64,000 nt of DNA from Octopus bimaculoides (taxonomy: Eukaryota). Both the position numbers and the translations under genes were made by a program. Location of the stretch: the NCBI RefSeq assembly GCF_001194135.2, contig NC_068992.1:17805834-17869833 (forward strand). The letters are read 5' to 3'. Shown in pieces: positions 61,946-64,000 of the stretch (the first letter of the stretch is position 1; the number at the start of each line of letters is the position of its first letter). Below the pieces are notes generated by a model, which did no database searches, was not told where the DNA came from, and saw only the letters and a list, made by a program, of their open reading frames with translations.

Positions 61946-64000
61946 AGTAGAGTAAAATATTGTAATTTATATGTTTAATAAGAGCGATAATTTCACATTT
62001 CAATTTGCGACGATGCTGTGTACATCTAACTATAATCGAATGAATAGAGTATAGCGTTTTCCAATTAGGTTATTAGGTAGGACGAAATAATTAATGTTGT
62101 TGATTTATTTATAGATAGAGTGAAATAATTAACGAAGAATACGGTTTAGCAAGGTTTTCAATGTAAGTTATTAATTAAAATGAGTCGTTGCTGCCTTCGC
62201 AGCATAATGATTTATAAAAAAACTTATGGTATTATTTGAAACCTAGAATTTAATAGAAATTTTCCAACCAGTATTCAGAAATGTTTAATAATTATGATGT
62301 ATATATCATATTACTGTGTAGCCCAAGATGTCTTTAGACATTGTTTTGAATATATTTATCTCCCCTTGTGGTTGTAACCATCTATACTCTCAGTAACACA
62401 ACTTCTCATTATATGAAATTAACTGTTGGACGCATTATTAATGTGTTTAGATGGTCGAACTGTTACATGTAATACGTCTGTTAGCTACGTGATGCCTGCG
62501 TTGCTCGTAATATTATTGGGTTTATTGTTTAATAAGCAGTATGCTAATGTTCTTTTCGCATTAATTTATTCCATTTTAGTAGCCATGAAGGCTTAGGTTC
62601 AATAAACCATAATTTATATTCGTTTATTCCTGTTGTTTAATTTTGTATATTAAGCACTATTTTAATACTTGTTAAACTTCTTCGTTTCTTTTATTGCAGT
62701 GAATTTCAGGTTTTAAATTTGTGGGAATTTTAAACAGGTTGTATGAGTTTTCTGTGCTAGTCTCGTTAGTAAACGTAACACATACGCTAATTAATTTGAG
62801 TAATTATAGTTCGTGATTTTTCCTTAAGTTGCTTATAAGACCACAAGTTGTCTAGTGCTTATTTCTGATATGCATTCATACAATACCTGCATACATACAC
62901 ACATATGTACATGTGTATGTATATGTATGTGCGTGTACATATAAACTAAACATGTACACACATGTGTATCCTATTCATGCAATGTGGCTCGTTTAGATGT
63001 CAAGCGATCTAGGAATTTATACAGAGTATACTCGCAGATAAGAGAATATTAGTTGCCGTCAGAGGACACAATGAGCCGACACACAAGTGATATGCATAGA
63101 TACATGAATAATAATCTAATTATTAATTACCACCTATCAAAGTGGATTTATATGTGAAGTTGGGAAAGATGTGTAAATTTCAAGATTAAAATCATTCTCG
63201 GGATGTGAATAAATATTTGACTTTTTATTGAATGAATAGGTAATAATTAAATATTTACCTATTCATTCAATATTATTTGCTATGGAGAGATAATGGGCTA
63301 AGGTAATAAATTCTTGGAATGTAGGTAATGGGATTTGTGTTTCGATGAGATAAAGTAGTAATATGAAGAGTCCCTCCATTAAGATTTACCAGTAACACGG
63401 GTTCAATGGAGACAATTACAAATAAAAAATGAATGTGAAATTAAATACAGCAAATTATACATAAAATTGGAAACAGCGAAAAGATATTTTGGGAGATGTG
63501 AGAGGATAAATCAAAGAATTCAAACCTAACACACAAAAGCTTTGATACTGGTCCAAAGGTTTACATTTATATGTACAGACAAAAGAGTAGTAGACAGAGA
63601 GAATTGTTTGAAGATAGGACAACTGCTTTGAAGTATGTGTTCTGGGTCTTTACTAAAACACACACACACACATACGCGCGCGCACACAGACACAGAAACA
63701 CACACACGTACACACAGATACAAATACATACACACATACATATATATATATATAGATATATAGATACATACATACACACAGACACATATATATATTTATA
63801 AATATGTATGTATGTGCATATACGTATACACACATACGTTGTGTGAGAGGGATTATATTGGCACAAGGGAAAAAGAGGTAAAAAAACAAATATAAATTCA
63901 AACTTCATCGGCTCTCTTGCTAATTCTGCTGGCAGTTTCAGCGCCTTGAGATAGAAGTGCTACATTTGTGATATTGAAAATCCATTGGATATGTCTGTTG

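Noticed and set aside
3764-63908. Hundreds of ORFs rich in YI/HT/CV/ER/poly-X
   Set aside because: They are translations of microsatellites or run through N gaps, with no domain content.

Overview
AT-rich, gap-riddled eukaryotic scaffold. It is most likely a coleoid cephalopod (octopus-like); this is inferred from the SINE and LINE content and not verified. I found no convincing host protein-coding exon, rRNA, bona fide tRNA gene or CRISPR array. Almost all long ORFs in the track are microsatellite or N-gap artefacts. The window is a mosaic of microsatellites and repeats: several tRNA-headed SINE families (CORE-like and Deu/Nin-like central domains), fragments of restriction-like-endonuclease LINEs (R4/Dong-like, HERO-like), RTE-like LINE fragments (one with a PHD-type Cys/His insert), two Tc1/mariner remnants and a ~220-bp palindrome. 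The most striking unexplained signal is a dispersed set of type I hammerhead ribozyme (HHR) motifs, most with self-complementary helix III. One looks structurally complete (17121-17219). One sits inside a tRNA-promoter SINE-like element (34919-35199). One is embedded in an inverted duplication (16218-16293). Several are decayed. Paired HHR-core-like motifs also occur in a HERO-like 3' UTR that is present twice. All alignments and folds were done by eye.
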